NCBI RefSeq assembly: GCF_035594765.1
Contig: NW_026943822.1
Location: forward strand, 18,871,769 to 18,935,768
DNA length: 64,000 bases
Source of the DNA: Anolis carolinensis
Taxonomy: Eukaryota
Direction: 5' to 3'
Shown: piece after piece, positions 1 through 13,139 of the stretch
How the letters are laid out: every line of letters starts with the position of its first letter
Position numbering within the stretch: the first letter of the stretch is position 1
Position numbers and translations under genes: made by a program
Notes under the pieces: generated by a model
What the model was told of the DNA's origin: nothing
Databases searched by the model: none
Seen by the model: only the letters and a program-made list of their open reading frames with translations

Positions 1-1700
1 TGTGGAGATACTGAAGTTCTGAGAGCTCTCCATCCTTGCCAAATCACTCATGTTTGCCATGTGCTGCGCATTTATCTTGCTCTTAAAGCCATCTTGTCTA
101 CTGTCCATCCATCCTTGCAGATTTTTAATATTTAAAAGTCAATTTTTGCTTGAAGATCTATTGTAGTCTATTTTCCATTTTTCCTTCAAAGTAATTATTC
201 TGGCTTTTGTGTTATATCCGATACTGAAATAGCTCAATGATTCCCCACCATCAGTTCTCTTCATCCAGTCACTTCCTGCCACGTTTTCCTTGTTTTATAA
301 TAATTATAATAATAATACTTTATTTTTGTATCCTGCCACCATCTCCCCGAAGGGACTCGGGGTGGCTTATAAGAGGGACAAGCCCAAACAACAACATAAC
401 TTGTTTTGTGTATCATTCTCTGATTTATTCTTCTCTATAAGCTTTCAAGTGCTTAAACCCCATGATAATTTTCTATGTTTCCATACAGCTATCATTCTAT
501 GCCTTCTTAAAGCAAAATTCCTGAAATACACTGCTGTGATGAATGTCAATTTTGTCATCTAATTCATATCTACTTTCCTCCAGTCTTGGTTTTTGCTAGA
601 TAGGTTTCACTGGAAGGTTCCATTACCCGTTTTTCCATTATTATTTTCTATATAAAAATATTCTTCTTGACCTGTTTGGTGTTTTAATGCTCAGTTCATT
701 CTGTCATCTGGGAATCATGTTTCTTGGCTTCCATCTTGTTGCCCTTGTCAGTGCTATTTTATTTTTGTGTTTAATTTTTTTTTGCTATATAAGCATTCCA
801 GTATTACTCAAAATTACAATGTTTGCTCTGATTGTTCTCATTTAGTTCTCATAACTATGCTCACTACATATTTATTCTGGTAAAGGTTTGATTTTTTTGT
901 TAGCTCTAGTAAACTGCTTCATACTCATCCTGTTCATTGGTTATTTTATTAATGTATGCATTGCTAATTGTTCCAAATTAAATCTTTTTACTCTGATATT
1001 TATACACACTTTCCTGGCATAAATCATGTTAAATCCAGTGAGATTTATTTCATTTAAGCTATGTAAGATTACATTGTTGGCCAGAACAGAGCTACTAACC
1101 TCTGCACCCAAACACCTTCTTCCATCTTGTTACTTCAGTCTAATGTTCTGCCATTTGATATTTTCTGCTTCTCCCGAACCAAGGATCTTCGACAACTCTC
1201 AGTTTCCCTTCTTAGTCGCTTCTTTTTTAATGCAAACATTACTCGTTCGGAATCCTTGTCCACACTGCTTTTGAATTCTGCATCCTTTTTTGTTGGATAA
1301 TGTTGCTGAATGTCATCCATCTTACTAAATCTCTTTGCATCTGTGTTGCATTCTACATTAACTGTCGCCTTGTGAGTAACTGCCTGCTCTTTTAGTCGTA
1401 ACTAAGAACTCACTAAAAGTTAATGTCTCTATTTTGCTTCTCTTTTCACTTTTCTCAATGCTGTTTCTGTTTTGCAAATCAGGCAAGAAGTTCTCCTTTC
1501 CCAATGCAGCAGAATCCAAGTGTGCTAGACTACCATTCCCATCACCCCATCTAGGGCAGTCAGTATTGGGATGGTGGGACTTGGAGTCTGAAAGATCCTG
1601 AGAGAGGCTGCTATAAGTGTTTAATGAAAGAAGTGATGATTCTGTTGTTTCTAGAATAAGCGGTATTATGAATGAAGCAATTGTTATGTTTATGTTCACA
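1..1700 (-). mobile_element. Heavily degraded non-LTR retrotransposon fragment (APE endonuclease/ORF1-like)
   Basis: Minus strand is A-rich with broken remnants resembling APE motifs (QET near 715-726, MVG near 240-255) and a coiled-coil-like short ORF at 1135-1320; many stops. Confidence 0.3.
290..400 (-). mobile_element. L2/Anolis SINE2-type 3' tail fragment
   Basis: Reverse strand reads taagccaccccgagtcccttcggggagatggtggcaggatacaaaaataaa + (TTA)n; the same tail recurs at 24070, 27830, 30455, 32495 and 41228. Confidence 0.6.
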
Positions 1701-2298
1701 GTAGGTGTATGGTCCTCCCAAATTGTGCCGGCCGAAAAATATAGGGCAACTTAACTCTTCATAAATTATAAATTAATTATAGAGAAGTGCAGGGGCATAC
1801 TGTTGACCTGTCGTGCTTCATTTAAACAGATACTTGAAAATGAGCCCTTCATGTCTGCTATTTTAGTGTTTTCTGATGAACTTTTCCAAACGCCTAATCT
1901 AGAGGTGCACAAACTGGAGGGCCTATAGATGCATTTAAGTCAGATTCCTGTAACTCCTGCTCATTGACCAGGCTGGCTGGGACAGATTGGAGGAGCCTTG
2001 TTGCTTGCATCTGGCAGAGTGTCCTAAAGCACATTCCCTTTAGTGAGGAGACACCATTGTCTCATGAAAGCGCTCTCAACAACACTTCTGGTATGTTATC
2101 CCTCCTGTTTCAGGAGGATCAGGTGAAACCATGTTGGAGAAGGCAGGTGGGCCCGCTGTGTACACAGATCTGCACTGCATGTTTGCATGCCCAGCCATGA
2201 CATGCTTCCATCTCACCTCTTAAACTAATGTTTCCTTCCTTTCTTTTTCCGTGTTTTTATTTGTCTTTCTTTCTTTCTCCTCACACTGTCTGTTGTAG

Positions 2299-5200
2299 CT
2301 GCCTGAAAATGCTCAACTTGTGGTGAGTCACTCTCTCTGGTTCAGATACAAGGGGGAGTGATCAGTATTATGGCCGGGCCGATCTAAATGGAAAGCAACT
2401 AGGTGGGATGCTCTGGAGCAGCCTCCATAGGCAAAAGGAAACAGAGGCAGGGTTTAGCTGGCTAATTTAGTATCAATACATTAAGACCCATCAAACACTG
2501 GTGTTGATGAAAAGAAGAAAAAGAGGGGGTGAGCGAGACAGAAAGAAAGGAAATGAAGGAGGAAACAAAGTCTTAGACACTGTAAAGCTAGTACAAATAT
2601 CTTGGAGCAGTTTTCTGGTCACAGCAGACAGATTTCCTATGGGACTTGCGTATCTGTCAGTTGTAAAAAAAAACATTCAGGGAACACAGTGCACTTACAA
2701 CAAATACAGATTTTCCCGTTTTATTTGCAAATTATAATTTACTATACATTATATCAGTGGCTTTAGAGCAATTTAGTTACTTGGGTATGTAGAATGGTTT
2801 GATATTTCTTTTGCTAAGATTCTATAGTATAGAAATAGTCTTGGTTTGGAAGCCCTAACTCTGTTGTTCAGTATGGTGCTAGGCTACTTTTGATAGACAT
2901 CCAGATAATCCCTTTCCTATGACTCCCTGCATTTTTCAAGATGGAGAATATTAGTTGGTTTATACGTCTTTAGCTTTGGAAATGAAACATTTTTTTCTCT
3001 TTAGTGGACCCTCCAGATCTATGGGCTCTAGATCCACATTTTTGGTCTCTTTAGGTGACTTGGAAAAAGGCTAACTATGAGGGATACCAAAAAACAGACA
3101 ACTCATAATACAGTATAATGTATTATCCAACTGGTACTCAGAGCCAATAAACTCTTGAAACTGAAATCATACTTGGTTCTTTAGTTTGTTTTGTTTTTAG
3201 AGGGTGCCACTAAATAATAGTCTCACTGGGCTTCCAAGTATTCTGAATGGATAGTCAGTTGCAGCATCTGATGAAGCTCTGGATGGTCCCATACATCTTG
3301 AAATGGCTTCTTAGCTATCACTGCAGGCAGGAAGGCATCCTGGACATGCCCTGCTTTGTGCTTCAGATCATGATCTTAATCCTGAGCAAAAACAAGCAAC
3401 ATTCAGTTCTCTAATTCTTCCTTTTATGTTACCTTTTTGTTGTTTTTGTGCTTTGCAAAAAACATGTCTTCCTGTTCCTTGGTGGTTTCCCCCCAAAGTA
3501 AGCTTTTCATGGTAAGAACGTGTCTACATGAATATAGATGGTAAATTCAATCATTTCTCAAAGTTTGGGCCTGTGTTCCATTCCTAGCCATTCTGGAATA
3601 TGTTCTTGGTATTACTCTCCGCCCAAAGTGGGTGAAATGACATATTTGCTCTGCTGCCTTTACATAGAAGACACACCTGAGTTGAAACCAGCCATGGGGA
3701 ATCCTGTGGGAATAGATGGAGAGTCATGAAGGAGGTTAGTTAGCAAGTCACAGAGAATTGTCCATCGCTACAATAAGACCGTTAAGCTGGTGCGGCAGGT
3801 TAACCTGGTTAAATCTTGTACTTAATAATCTTATACATTAGAATATATAGTTTCTAGCTGTCATTTATTATTATTCTCTATCTCTCAAGGAGCTTTTAAG
3901 AACCTTTGGGCAGAAACTTCTTTCTCCTGAAATAATGTACTATCCTGAAGGTTTTTGAATGTCCTTTGGAAAACACAAGGGAAGGGAGATTTTTCTCCAT
4001 ATATGGCTGCAGTGGAATCCATTATAATAATACTGTATGAAATTGCCTAATACTAAAACAGTTTCCTGGTTCACATAGCTTAATATTGATTTAACATAAC
4101 AGGTAGTGGCTTTTCAGGGTTTTCGGTAGGAATCTTTTCCGAACGTATGTGGAGATACCAAGGACTGAACTTTGGTCCTATTCAATTCTAGACTTCTTTA
4201 CTCAGTAGCATTTATGGCGCCACTTTCAGTATGGAACAACTCATTTGCACGACCACTTGTTGAAGTGAAAAATCAGAACTGGGTGATTTCGTATTTTTGT
4301 GCTTGAGGAGTGACGTGATACAGTTGCCATATGCCATATGAGAGCTCAGTTTGACATCATTATTTCAAAAATAACATTTAGATTATAGTTAAATTGGCAA
4401 GATGACAAATGTTTTGACTTTCTCAAGGCCATCTTGCATTATTTAGGAAGGACAACTGTCATTTTGAGACAACTTTTCTATGTCAAAATTTGGCATATGC
4501 TTGTCATGTGTGAGAAACCATCTTTAGCACAGCTCCCACTGGTGGCATAAATATAAATAAGGGAAGGGAAGCCGGGTGTGTTACCTAGAGTACTGTGTGT
4601 TCCATCTTTCTGTGTGATTCTGTTTCTGCTTCATTTCATAGAGAATTAATTTCATAGAGGAAGGCCTTGCAGTATCCACTCCAGACTTCTAATAAAAGAC
4701 TCTTTTGTCTGGTTCTATCAACTATCTGATGCGTGTCGTCTTTACTGAAGGCCATCAGTGCAGCCTCCTGCCCCCAGCCTCATGCTTCCCTTTTCACTAT
4801 TCATTTATATCTGTTGTCCATTTGATCATCAATTAAAATATGTCATATCAAAATCTAGACATGTCACTTTTCTGTTTTGTTGTAGAATTCTTTTTCTATG
4901 AGTTCTTAAGCATTTACCATTTTGTGTGCTCTTGCACATCTCATTTAAACATCTCAATTGAGTGACATCCTTCCTATTACAAAGAAAAGGCAGTAGGCCA
5001 GGAAGTGGCTAATAAACCATTAAAAAAAGCTCTTACAGACACCTCAGATTAAAGCTTTTTAAGTACAGTAGTGTGATTGTCTTACTTGCAGACGCAGTGT
5101 CCACAATTGCATTTACCTGTGCTATAAAAAACTCCCTTCTGCAAGTATTTGTAGACCTCTCTTTGACGGCATGCTTCTGGCTCAAGTATAGTCAAAATAA

Positions 5201-6045
5201 AGGTTTTGCTATTATCTGTGGGGTCAGGTATCCGTGGGAGGTTTTGGAATGTATCACTTTAACCCTAGCATTTTGAGCAGTGCAAGTAGTGTTTTGTATA
5301 TACATTTTGGGAGAGATGTTGACAAAAAGGTAGTTTCTGTTCATTGACAATTCGATATGCTCTTGTTTACATCTTTCTTCTATATTCCTTTTTAAATTCT
5401 CTCTTGTATCTGCTGGCAACCATGGGGTGGGGAGGGGGGGTTCTCTGTCTGTTCTAGAAGCATCTCACTTGGGAATTACGTTCACGGCTGTGATGTATCC
5501 TAGCAGTCAGCTACAGTTTGAAAGCATCCTGTTTGTCCAAATAAGGCCTTGTTCATTTCTGGTAAACACATCATCTCTGTTTGTGAAAGTAGTTGGTTAA
5601 AGTTCCATTTCTTCAGCATCCTTCTCCAGGAAGTGGTCTTTGGGATTATGAGCCGTTCTGACGGAAACGGTGATTTCTATGTTGTTGGTGTGTGTGTACA
5701 TTATTTGTGGAAAATGCAAACCGAGCCAGAGGCTAGAATTAGTCCTAGTAACTCTCATTGAACTTGCCCTTGAAAAGAAAACTGCATGATTCCCCGGAGT
5801 GTGTTGTGGCTTCTCCAAAGGCTCTTTGTTCATCTGTTTTTTGCAGGAGAGGGGTGGGTTTGGGGGCGCATGCGCATGGGATGCTCTTGAACGTGAAGAT
5901 GTTGAGCCCGTCCCTTATGTGTTGGAAAGAGGGGGCTTGCCAGAGGCCCCAGGTTCCCTGTATTGATTTGCTGTGTTCTTTGTGCTCCAGGTGCTGCTGC
6001 TTCTATAAGAGGAAAAGAAGGAAGTCTTCCCAGCGCCAGAAATGA
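2299..6045 (+). CDS. CSNK1G1: Casein kinase 1 gamma 1, 3' end only: optional 24-nt microexon 2299-2322 and last coding exon 5991-6045
   Basis: tgctccag|G TGC TGC TGC TTC TAT AAG AGG AAA AGA AGG AAG TCT TCC CAG CGC CAG AAA TGA reads CCCFYKRKRRKSSQRQK*, the CK1-gamma palmitoylated tail (human CSNK1G1 CCCFFKRKRKKTAQRHK). The microexon tgtag|CTGCCTGAAAATGCTCAACTTGTG|gtgagt encodes (N)CLKMLNL(W). Adjacency to PPIB supports the G1 paralogue. Confidence 0.88.
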
Positions 6046-9000
6046 CAGGTGTTTCCTTGAAATCTTTGGGGGACTTTGTTTACCTGCTGTTCCTGCCACG
6101 TCTTATTGAATGGGGCTTCTCTTGGGGAGAGGACGAGAAACAAGGGACATTTTAAAACCAAAAAAGAGAGAGAGCGTGCAAGAGAGAGGGAGAGAAAAGG
6201 GGAGAAAACCCAGAATAAACATTCAGGTGGATTTCCTAAATGTTCTCTGTTGCTCACTTCACACCTGAGGCTCCTTTTGGAAGTGGGTCCGCATCCTCTC
6301 AGGCACTGGTTGCCCTTGATGGAAGGATGGCTGGCTACCTCCCTTCCTTCCTTCCTCTCTGTACAACAGTTCCACAAAGGGAGCGTTCCTGGTGAATGTG
6401 CTTTGTTCCGGCTCCCTTTCTCTTTTTTTCCTCTCTCGATATGCTTCCTCCACTCCCTGCCACCGGCTGCGAAGAGCTTTGCGAACTGTTTGTAGACTTT
6501 AGGTGGTGGCGGAGAGGATGGCTTTCTGAGGGTCCAATTCCTCTTCTTCCGAATGGCTTCGTTTTCAGCTGCTCTGGCGGCGCAGATCTGACCCTTCTTA
6601 AATCGCACTCCACCAAATTCCATGATAGTAAGCCAAGAGCAAGAGAACTGCAATCTACTCTTCCAGTTGCCTTGATTTACTGGTTTTATGTGATGTCGCC
6701 CTTCTCAGAATGGTTATGGAGAAGTGTCAGTTCTAAAGAAACGTATGTTCTTGCACTTTTAATTATGTTTTAGCATTATGTATGCATATGCTGTATGTGT
6801 GGGTGTTTTCCTTGTGGGTGTGACTGATGCCAGCACACACGTTCAGCCAGTGTTTTGAGTGCAAAGCCTCCGCCTGACGCATCCTTCCTGCCCCATTTGG
6901 AATCCCCTAGGACTACTCCGAGGCTTTTAGAGCTTGCTGTGGGTTGTGCACTGAAGCTTACTTGAATTTCCAGCTGCCATTTCCAGCTGTCAGTGGACGC
7001 CCCCTGCCCTCCCTTGCGATTTTCCTCCATGGTGCCTGACCAAACCTGCTTGGAACTGGACAGTTTTACTCTGCCGATGGGTTGGGAGAGAAGTCAGCTG
7101 GGCTGAACTTTGGCAGGTTGCAGAAATAAAGACTACTGTAAGAGGAAATGGAGCTGTTTCAGCCATTGAAAGGGAGCAAAGCTGCTCAGTCAAGGAGAGG
7201 ACACTGCCACTGCCTTAGACATCAACTGTAATCTGAACGTCCAGAGGGTTTTCAGAATGGAAAAGGCCTTGGCTTCCAGCAGAGCAGTTTCTTTTGTATT
7301 TTGCCTACACTTCTTTCTGCTAGCAGTCAGGACTGTTTAGTAATGTGTCCCATGAAGTGGGCTGTTTCCACTTTGAATACACTCAGTCTCGTATTCCAAG
7401 CCTTGGTTTCCAAACGTCTACAGTCCTATTTGGGATATGGTTTGGGATAAGTGTTGGAAATGTAGAAATATTTGTCCCCAAAGGGTGTCTTCCTGCTGTT
7501 CTGGATTAGAAAGTAATTGGTTTGTTGAGAGAGCATCTAGTCTTGCCTTGTCAAGTCTTGTGTCTTAAGAGGCCTTGGAAAGCGAACTGTCTCAAGATTC
7601 TGGCATTTTGACGTCAAGAAGGAAAGGTTGAGTGTCCCTTGCTTGACCATGAAGACTCTCCTTGGGTGGGGGTTCAGGGCAAGGAACATCCTCTGCAGTG
7701 ATAGCTTACTTTGTTAAATGACACATATTCATTCCATGGTTGTAAAACTCTACTTAATCTTAAAACATAAAGGAAGTTGTTACTGCTGAGTTGCAGACTG
7801 TTTTTCTGTCCCCATTTCATAAGCCAAAACATAGACTTGCTTTTTGCTCATGAGCTGTCTTTCCTCAAACTTTGCGTACCTCCATTCTTTGAGTTCTGCC
7901 AGTTGCCTTTTCCCTGCTATTGGAATGCAACTTGGAAATACGAAATTTCTGCTCCTCCTGATTGTTCTCGTGTACTAAAACGAGCCTCGCTTCCCACTCT
8001 TACCATAGGAAAACATACCTGATTTCTTAGATGGAGGGGATGTAGGAATTCACAAAGAAAGACTCTTCAATTCCATGCTTCAAGCTTTGCAAAATATGGC
8101 AGCATTTTCAACTCTGTTTCCTAATCCCAAAGGAAAGCCCTCTTCCCCTCTACACAACAATCTGTCTCTATTCCATCAGTGAGCAACTGGGGTTTCCTGG
8201 AAAGCTATATTTCAAACAAAGGGCCCTTTCTTGGAAAAATAAAGATTTTCCTTTAGATTTCTTCATGAATGCATGCAAAGACATTTATATTAAAACATTT
8301 TTCTTCTCTGCCATTTTTCAACCCCAAGGGATGACAATTTTATGAATGCAATTTCTTATTTATGTTCATAGGGAAAAAAACATGTTCTGAAACAGGTTGA
8401 TAAATATTCAACCTTATTTGATATTCAGGTGCTCTTCAGAAAGCAAATATATGAGAAATATGACTTAGCAGAGCCCTCCTAGATCAGTAGTAGGAATCAT
8501 TATTTTCCAGATAGTGCAGCTTTCAAGATCAATCACTATCAGTTGCTCAACAGTATTTGGAGGACTATGTGAACCTTACTCTGTATTCTAGCTCTTTAGG
8601 TCCACTGGGTTAAATGTGTGTTTATCAAGATTACAATCTAGGTCTCCCTCAAGTCTCACAAATTAGCATTTCAGATTATAAACAGCAGCAAAACAGTGGA
8701 GAATGTGTACAAAAAGCAGTTCCCATTTCTTAAAGATGGACTCCTACTTGTTCCATGCTTTCTTTAGAAGAGTTTTAGTTCGTGATCTGAGCCTGCAGCC
8801 CTTTGTTTCCATGAAATAACCAGCATTGACTTGGAGCTTCTTTGAGCCGTTGCGATCTTTCTCTGAAATGTATTGATCCTTTCCAAAGAACAGCAAGACA
8901 TTAAATGGCTTTCTTCCCCTTCCTTCCTAACAGCATGAAGCTAGCTATTTTGAACAGAACACTGCCGCCAATTATCTTCTTTTTCTAGTCCAGATCAGTG

Positions 9001-11430
9001 CCAACGCTGGCAAGACACAGCAGGCATCGCTACCTATTGTTCTGAAACTTACAGTTGGGAAGCCAGAAGTCAAATTTAGCAGTCTGTCTCCCTTCCTTCC
9101 AATTCTGTGTATCTTCTCAGATATTACAAGCCAAAATGACTTAATTGGGAGAATAATCTTGCTTTGGGATTCATATTTCTCTGATAGCTTGACTTTTTAT
9201 TTCCCGTTTTGGCGGGAAGAAGGTGTCAGCAAGTAGATGTTCGTACTGAATGCAGAGACAGCTTGAAGGAGATATTTAAAGGATGGGCTTTCCAAGGCCA
9301 CCATTCTTTCTTGCCATTTGGAGAGGTAGATATCTGTCCCAGGACAAAAAATGTCCCAAAGTTCCATTTATGTTCTTGAACTTTAAAATTAACCTTCTTG
9401 CCATTGTTGAGGCCTTTTGGGGAGTGGGAGACATCAGAAGTGCGAATAGTCTCATATCAATCTCTACAAGTAGCTCAAGTGTAGGGTCAGAAATACACAT
9501 CTATATATGTGGGTCTCACCACTGCAAGAATGAAGATATTCTCGAGCTTTTTCTTTGAAAATCTTTTTCAATATCCAGCCTTAATTTTCCTTTCAAAACC
9601 AACACCATCATGAGTTAGCTTTCAAATTTCCTCCACCAAAGGGCACTTACTTTTCAATATGTCTCACTCTCTCTATAGTCCTAACTATGACCTGAATCCA
9701 TGAGTTATAATAATTTCAGGGTTGGAGGAACAAACTTGTATTGTCTCTTCTTGACAAACGGTCTACAAGTCTGTTTCTCCAAAACATGTCAATGTCAGCA
9801 TTGCTCTGAGTTGTTTGTATTTTGAAGACAGCGATAGAAGTGAACTGCCAGGTGCACACCTCCATATACATACAAAGCCATAGTTTGTCAAAATACTACT
9901 AAAGTTTGATGAGGAAACATCATTTACGCATCATTGCTTATCAGTCCTTGAACAACAAAATCTTTGCTTGGAATGTTAGTTTACAGTTCGTTTTTAAGTC
10001 TTGGTAACTGAAAAAATGAAAGTGCTTCCTTTCTTGGTAGATCTAGATGTTGGCATGTTGTCTCAAAGTTACAGGGCTGAGGATGGTCAGTGTGCTTTGC
10101 CTTGTCAGGTGTTTATAGTATGCCTGCCCCAGTAAGGGACTGGACTGGAATGGGTTTCTAAAACCTCCCCTAATATGTAGCGGAAGAGGACTTTTGTCTT
10201 ACTGAAATTATAGGAATGACTCTTTCCTTTGGGAGAGTGTAGAAGATTCATATACAGCCAGCCTTGGCTCTGAGGAGGAATAATAGCAGATGTTTCTGAG
10301 GGATGCCAAACTTCTCAGCGACAAAACCTCAATCTCTTGACTAGGATTCCTTCTCCGCAGCTTCAAGGTCCAGAGGAGCCAAATGGGGATATCGTTTTGG
10401 GATGTTATATTAGAATAATGCTTCACCTCTGAAGCGTGTGGTTTCCAGACACTCGCATTGAGCAGGGAGTTATAACCTCGCTTCCAGTGTGTTTTGTGGG
10501 CTGTGGATGCCTTCCCAAAGAAGCGGCAGGGGCACGCCAATCCATATGCGCAGAAAAGACTTCTCAATCACCTATCTCATCCTTTTAAGTCTCTCTCAGG
10601 AAAACGAGTGCTTTTTTTCTTTCCTAAATAAATGCTCCCCCCCCCCCCAAAAAAAAACTGCATAACTGCTGCATGGTGTGGGACATGGAAGAGGTTATAT
10701 TCTCCAGTTAGGAAAGCCATTTTTGGGGGCCGCGACAAAAGGTGTCTTTGCAATCTCCGAGTTGAGAGGAGAATGAGCCAGTTTGGGGCAACGTGGACCA
10801 TACCAAATAATGCATCTTTTCCTGCGAAAAAAAGGGAAACCGCAGTTTTAAGTGGCTTGTTCCCATTGGAAACTGTGTGTTGTATAATTTATTATAATGT
10901 CTGTTTATTTCATGTAGGCCTTTTGTGCTTTTTTCAAAACGGGATGACTGGGATAATGAGTGCAACTCTTGTTACTGTAAAGGAAAATAAAATCAGCTGT
11001 GAAATTTTTTTTTTAAAGTATTGTGTGCACATGTCTGATTCTTGTTGAAATGCCTTTTGATTTTTTTAAAGAATTATTTTATTTTTTAACACGTGATGCA
11101 ATGTTTGATTCACATCCTTCCGGCACTGCTCTTGGAACTTCGGCAGTGAACATGCAACCTTGTATTTTTAACATGAATGTCAATTTTACAAATATGTCTG
11201 AAACGGTTCGACCAGGATAAGGGCTTACAATACTATACGCCAAGCGTTGGAGGGCCTCTCCTCTGGCGCTGGTTGGATCTCTCTTTGCCAGGAATTGGAG
11301 TCCTGCTACTGATCTTTCTGATGTGCCTGTTTTAATGGGACATTGCAAGAAATGTTGTGTACCTTCTACACCCCTTCCCCTATTTGCACCCTTTTAATGT
11401 AAAATAAACATTGACTTTGCTCTGTTCGTG
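6046..11430 (+). other. CSNK1G1: Long 3' UTR of CSNK1G1
   Basis: Follows the stop codon; repeat-poor with a U/AU-rich distal part; AATAAA at 11403-11408 followed by a GT-rich tract. Confidence 0.65.
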
Positions 11431-11730
11431 TCTGTCCTCCACAATTTTGCCTCGAGAGTCTATTTCATTGTCAAACAGGCCTGGAAATACGGTCATTGTG
11501 TTCCCTATGAATATGCTGCATGCATATTCCCTTGTTATTTGATCACAGAAAAGTGAGCATGTCTATTTTGGTTTTTGCTCTGATTCAGTTTTAAGGATTT
11601 TAACTGTTTATTCTTAATAACATCAATATTTAATAGTATTTTAATGTTTGTATATTTTGGGTTTTAAATAATATTAAATAGATTTTATCTCATTTGCAGA
11701 GAGAAATAGCAGGTTATAAATAATAACAAT

Positions 11731-11850
11731 TGGTTGCTGTGAGTTTTCTGGGCTTTATGGCCATGTTCCAGAAGCATTATCTCCTGGTGTTTTGCCCACA
11801 TCTATGGCAGGCATTCTCCGAGGCTGAGGGGTCTGTTGGGAACTAGGCAA
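11731..11850. mobile_element. Penelope-like element terminal fragment (degenerate hammerhead region)
   Basis: ggttgctgtgagttttctgggctttatggccatgttccagaagcatt... matches copies at 13737, 29333 and 43290. Confidence 0.65.
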
Positions 11851-12040
11851 TACTATAATAATATGATAAAATGATAAGTATAAGAATAAAAATGAAATAA
11901 TATAATATAGCAATACTGTAATAATATATGATAAATATAATTAAAATAATACAATAGTAATACAATATTATAAAATAAATATAATAAAAATGAAAACACA
12001 ATGTAATACTATAATGCTGCAATATAATAAATATAATATA
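11850..12040. repeat. AT-rich low-complexity minisatellite
   Basis: Degenerate aatactataataatat/aaaataa units. Confidence 0.8.
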
Positions 12041-12043
12041 GGG

Positions 12044-12250
12044 GTTTTTTTCGTATCAGTCTGCAAGGACGTTGCCCAGGAGACGTCCGGATGTTTTGAT
12101 GTTTTTACCACCCTTGTGGGAGGCTTCTCTTATGTCCCCGCATGGAGCTGGAGCTGAGAGAGGGAGCTCATCCGTGCTCTCCCTAGGTTGGATTCGAACC
12201 TGGCAGCCTTCAGGTCACAAGGCTTTAATCCACTATGCCATCGGGGCTCC
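12044..12250 (-). mobile_element. tRNA-derived SINE (Sauria-like head, poly-A tail)
   Basis: Reverse strand: ggagccccgatggcatagtgg (A box) ... ggttcgaatcc (B box) ... gatacgaaaaaaaa. Confidence 0.65.
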
Positions 12251-12262
12251 AATAATAATATA

Positions 12263-12585
12263 CAGTAGAGTCTCACTTATCCAACACTCTCTTATCCAAC
12301 ATTCTGGATTATCCAACGCATTTTTGTAGTCAATGTTTTCAATATATCATGATATTCTAGTGCTAAATTCGTAAATACAATAATTACTACATAGCATTAC
12401 TGCGTATTGAACTACTTTTTCTGTCAAATTTGTTGTAAAACATGATGTTTTGGTGCTTAATTTGTAAAATCATAACCTAATTTGATGTTTAATAGGCTTT
12501 TCCTTAATCTCTCCTTATTATCCAACATATTTGCTTATCCAATGTTCTGCCGGCCCGTTTATGTTGGATTAGTGAGACTCTACTG
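12263..12585. mobile_element. Tc1/mariner-type MITE (~320 bp)
   Basis: TIR CAGTAGAGTCTCACTTATCCAA, TA target duplication at both ends; at least eight copies in the window. Confidence 0.85.
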
Positions 12586-12960
12586 TACTAGAATATGATA
12601 AATACAATAATAAAAATAAAATAATATAGTAATACAGTACTACAATAATATAAATACAAAAATAAAAATAAAATAATATAGTAATACAGTACTATAATAA
12701 TATAAATACAAAAATAAAAATGAAATAATATAGTAATACAGTACTATAATAATATAAATACAATAATAAAAATAATATAGTAATACAGTACTACAATAAT
12801 ATAAATACAATAATAAAAATAAAATGTAATACTATAATAATATGATAAATATAATAATAAAAATAATATAGTAATACAGTACTATAATAATATAAATACA
12901 ATAAAAATAATATAATACTATAATAATATGATAAATACAGTAATAAAAATAAAATACTAT
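12586..12960. repeat. AT-rich tandem minisatellite (~50-bp unit)
   Basis: Repeated aatatagtaatacagtactataataatataaatacaa units. Confidence 0.85.
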
Positions 12961-13139
12961 TTTCCTGCTTTTCACCATCTCTAGATCTCATCCAGGTGTA
13001 TCTTCCAGGACCCTACCTGTCTGTCACAGGTCCCATCAAGGCTCGCATCTCTCTGTCTCCCTCTAGAGGCGAAGAGCGGCACCTCAAGCCAAGGAGGAGC
13101 TGGTCTCTGGGCTGCTGCGTAGTCTCGCCCATTCCCTTG

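Noticed and set aside
2114-2146. Possible extra CSNK1G1 mini-exon (tttcag|GAGGATCAG|gtgaaa, or extended to 2146)
   Set aside because: Short pyrimidine tract and weak donor; the longer form has an in-frame stop; no recalled homologue
6003-6773. Several long overlapping ORFs (up to 216 aa)
   Set aside because: They lie in the CSNK1G1 3' UTR with low-complexity purine/pyrimidine runs and no recognisable domain or splice context
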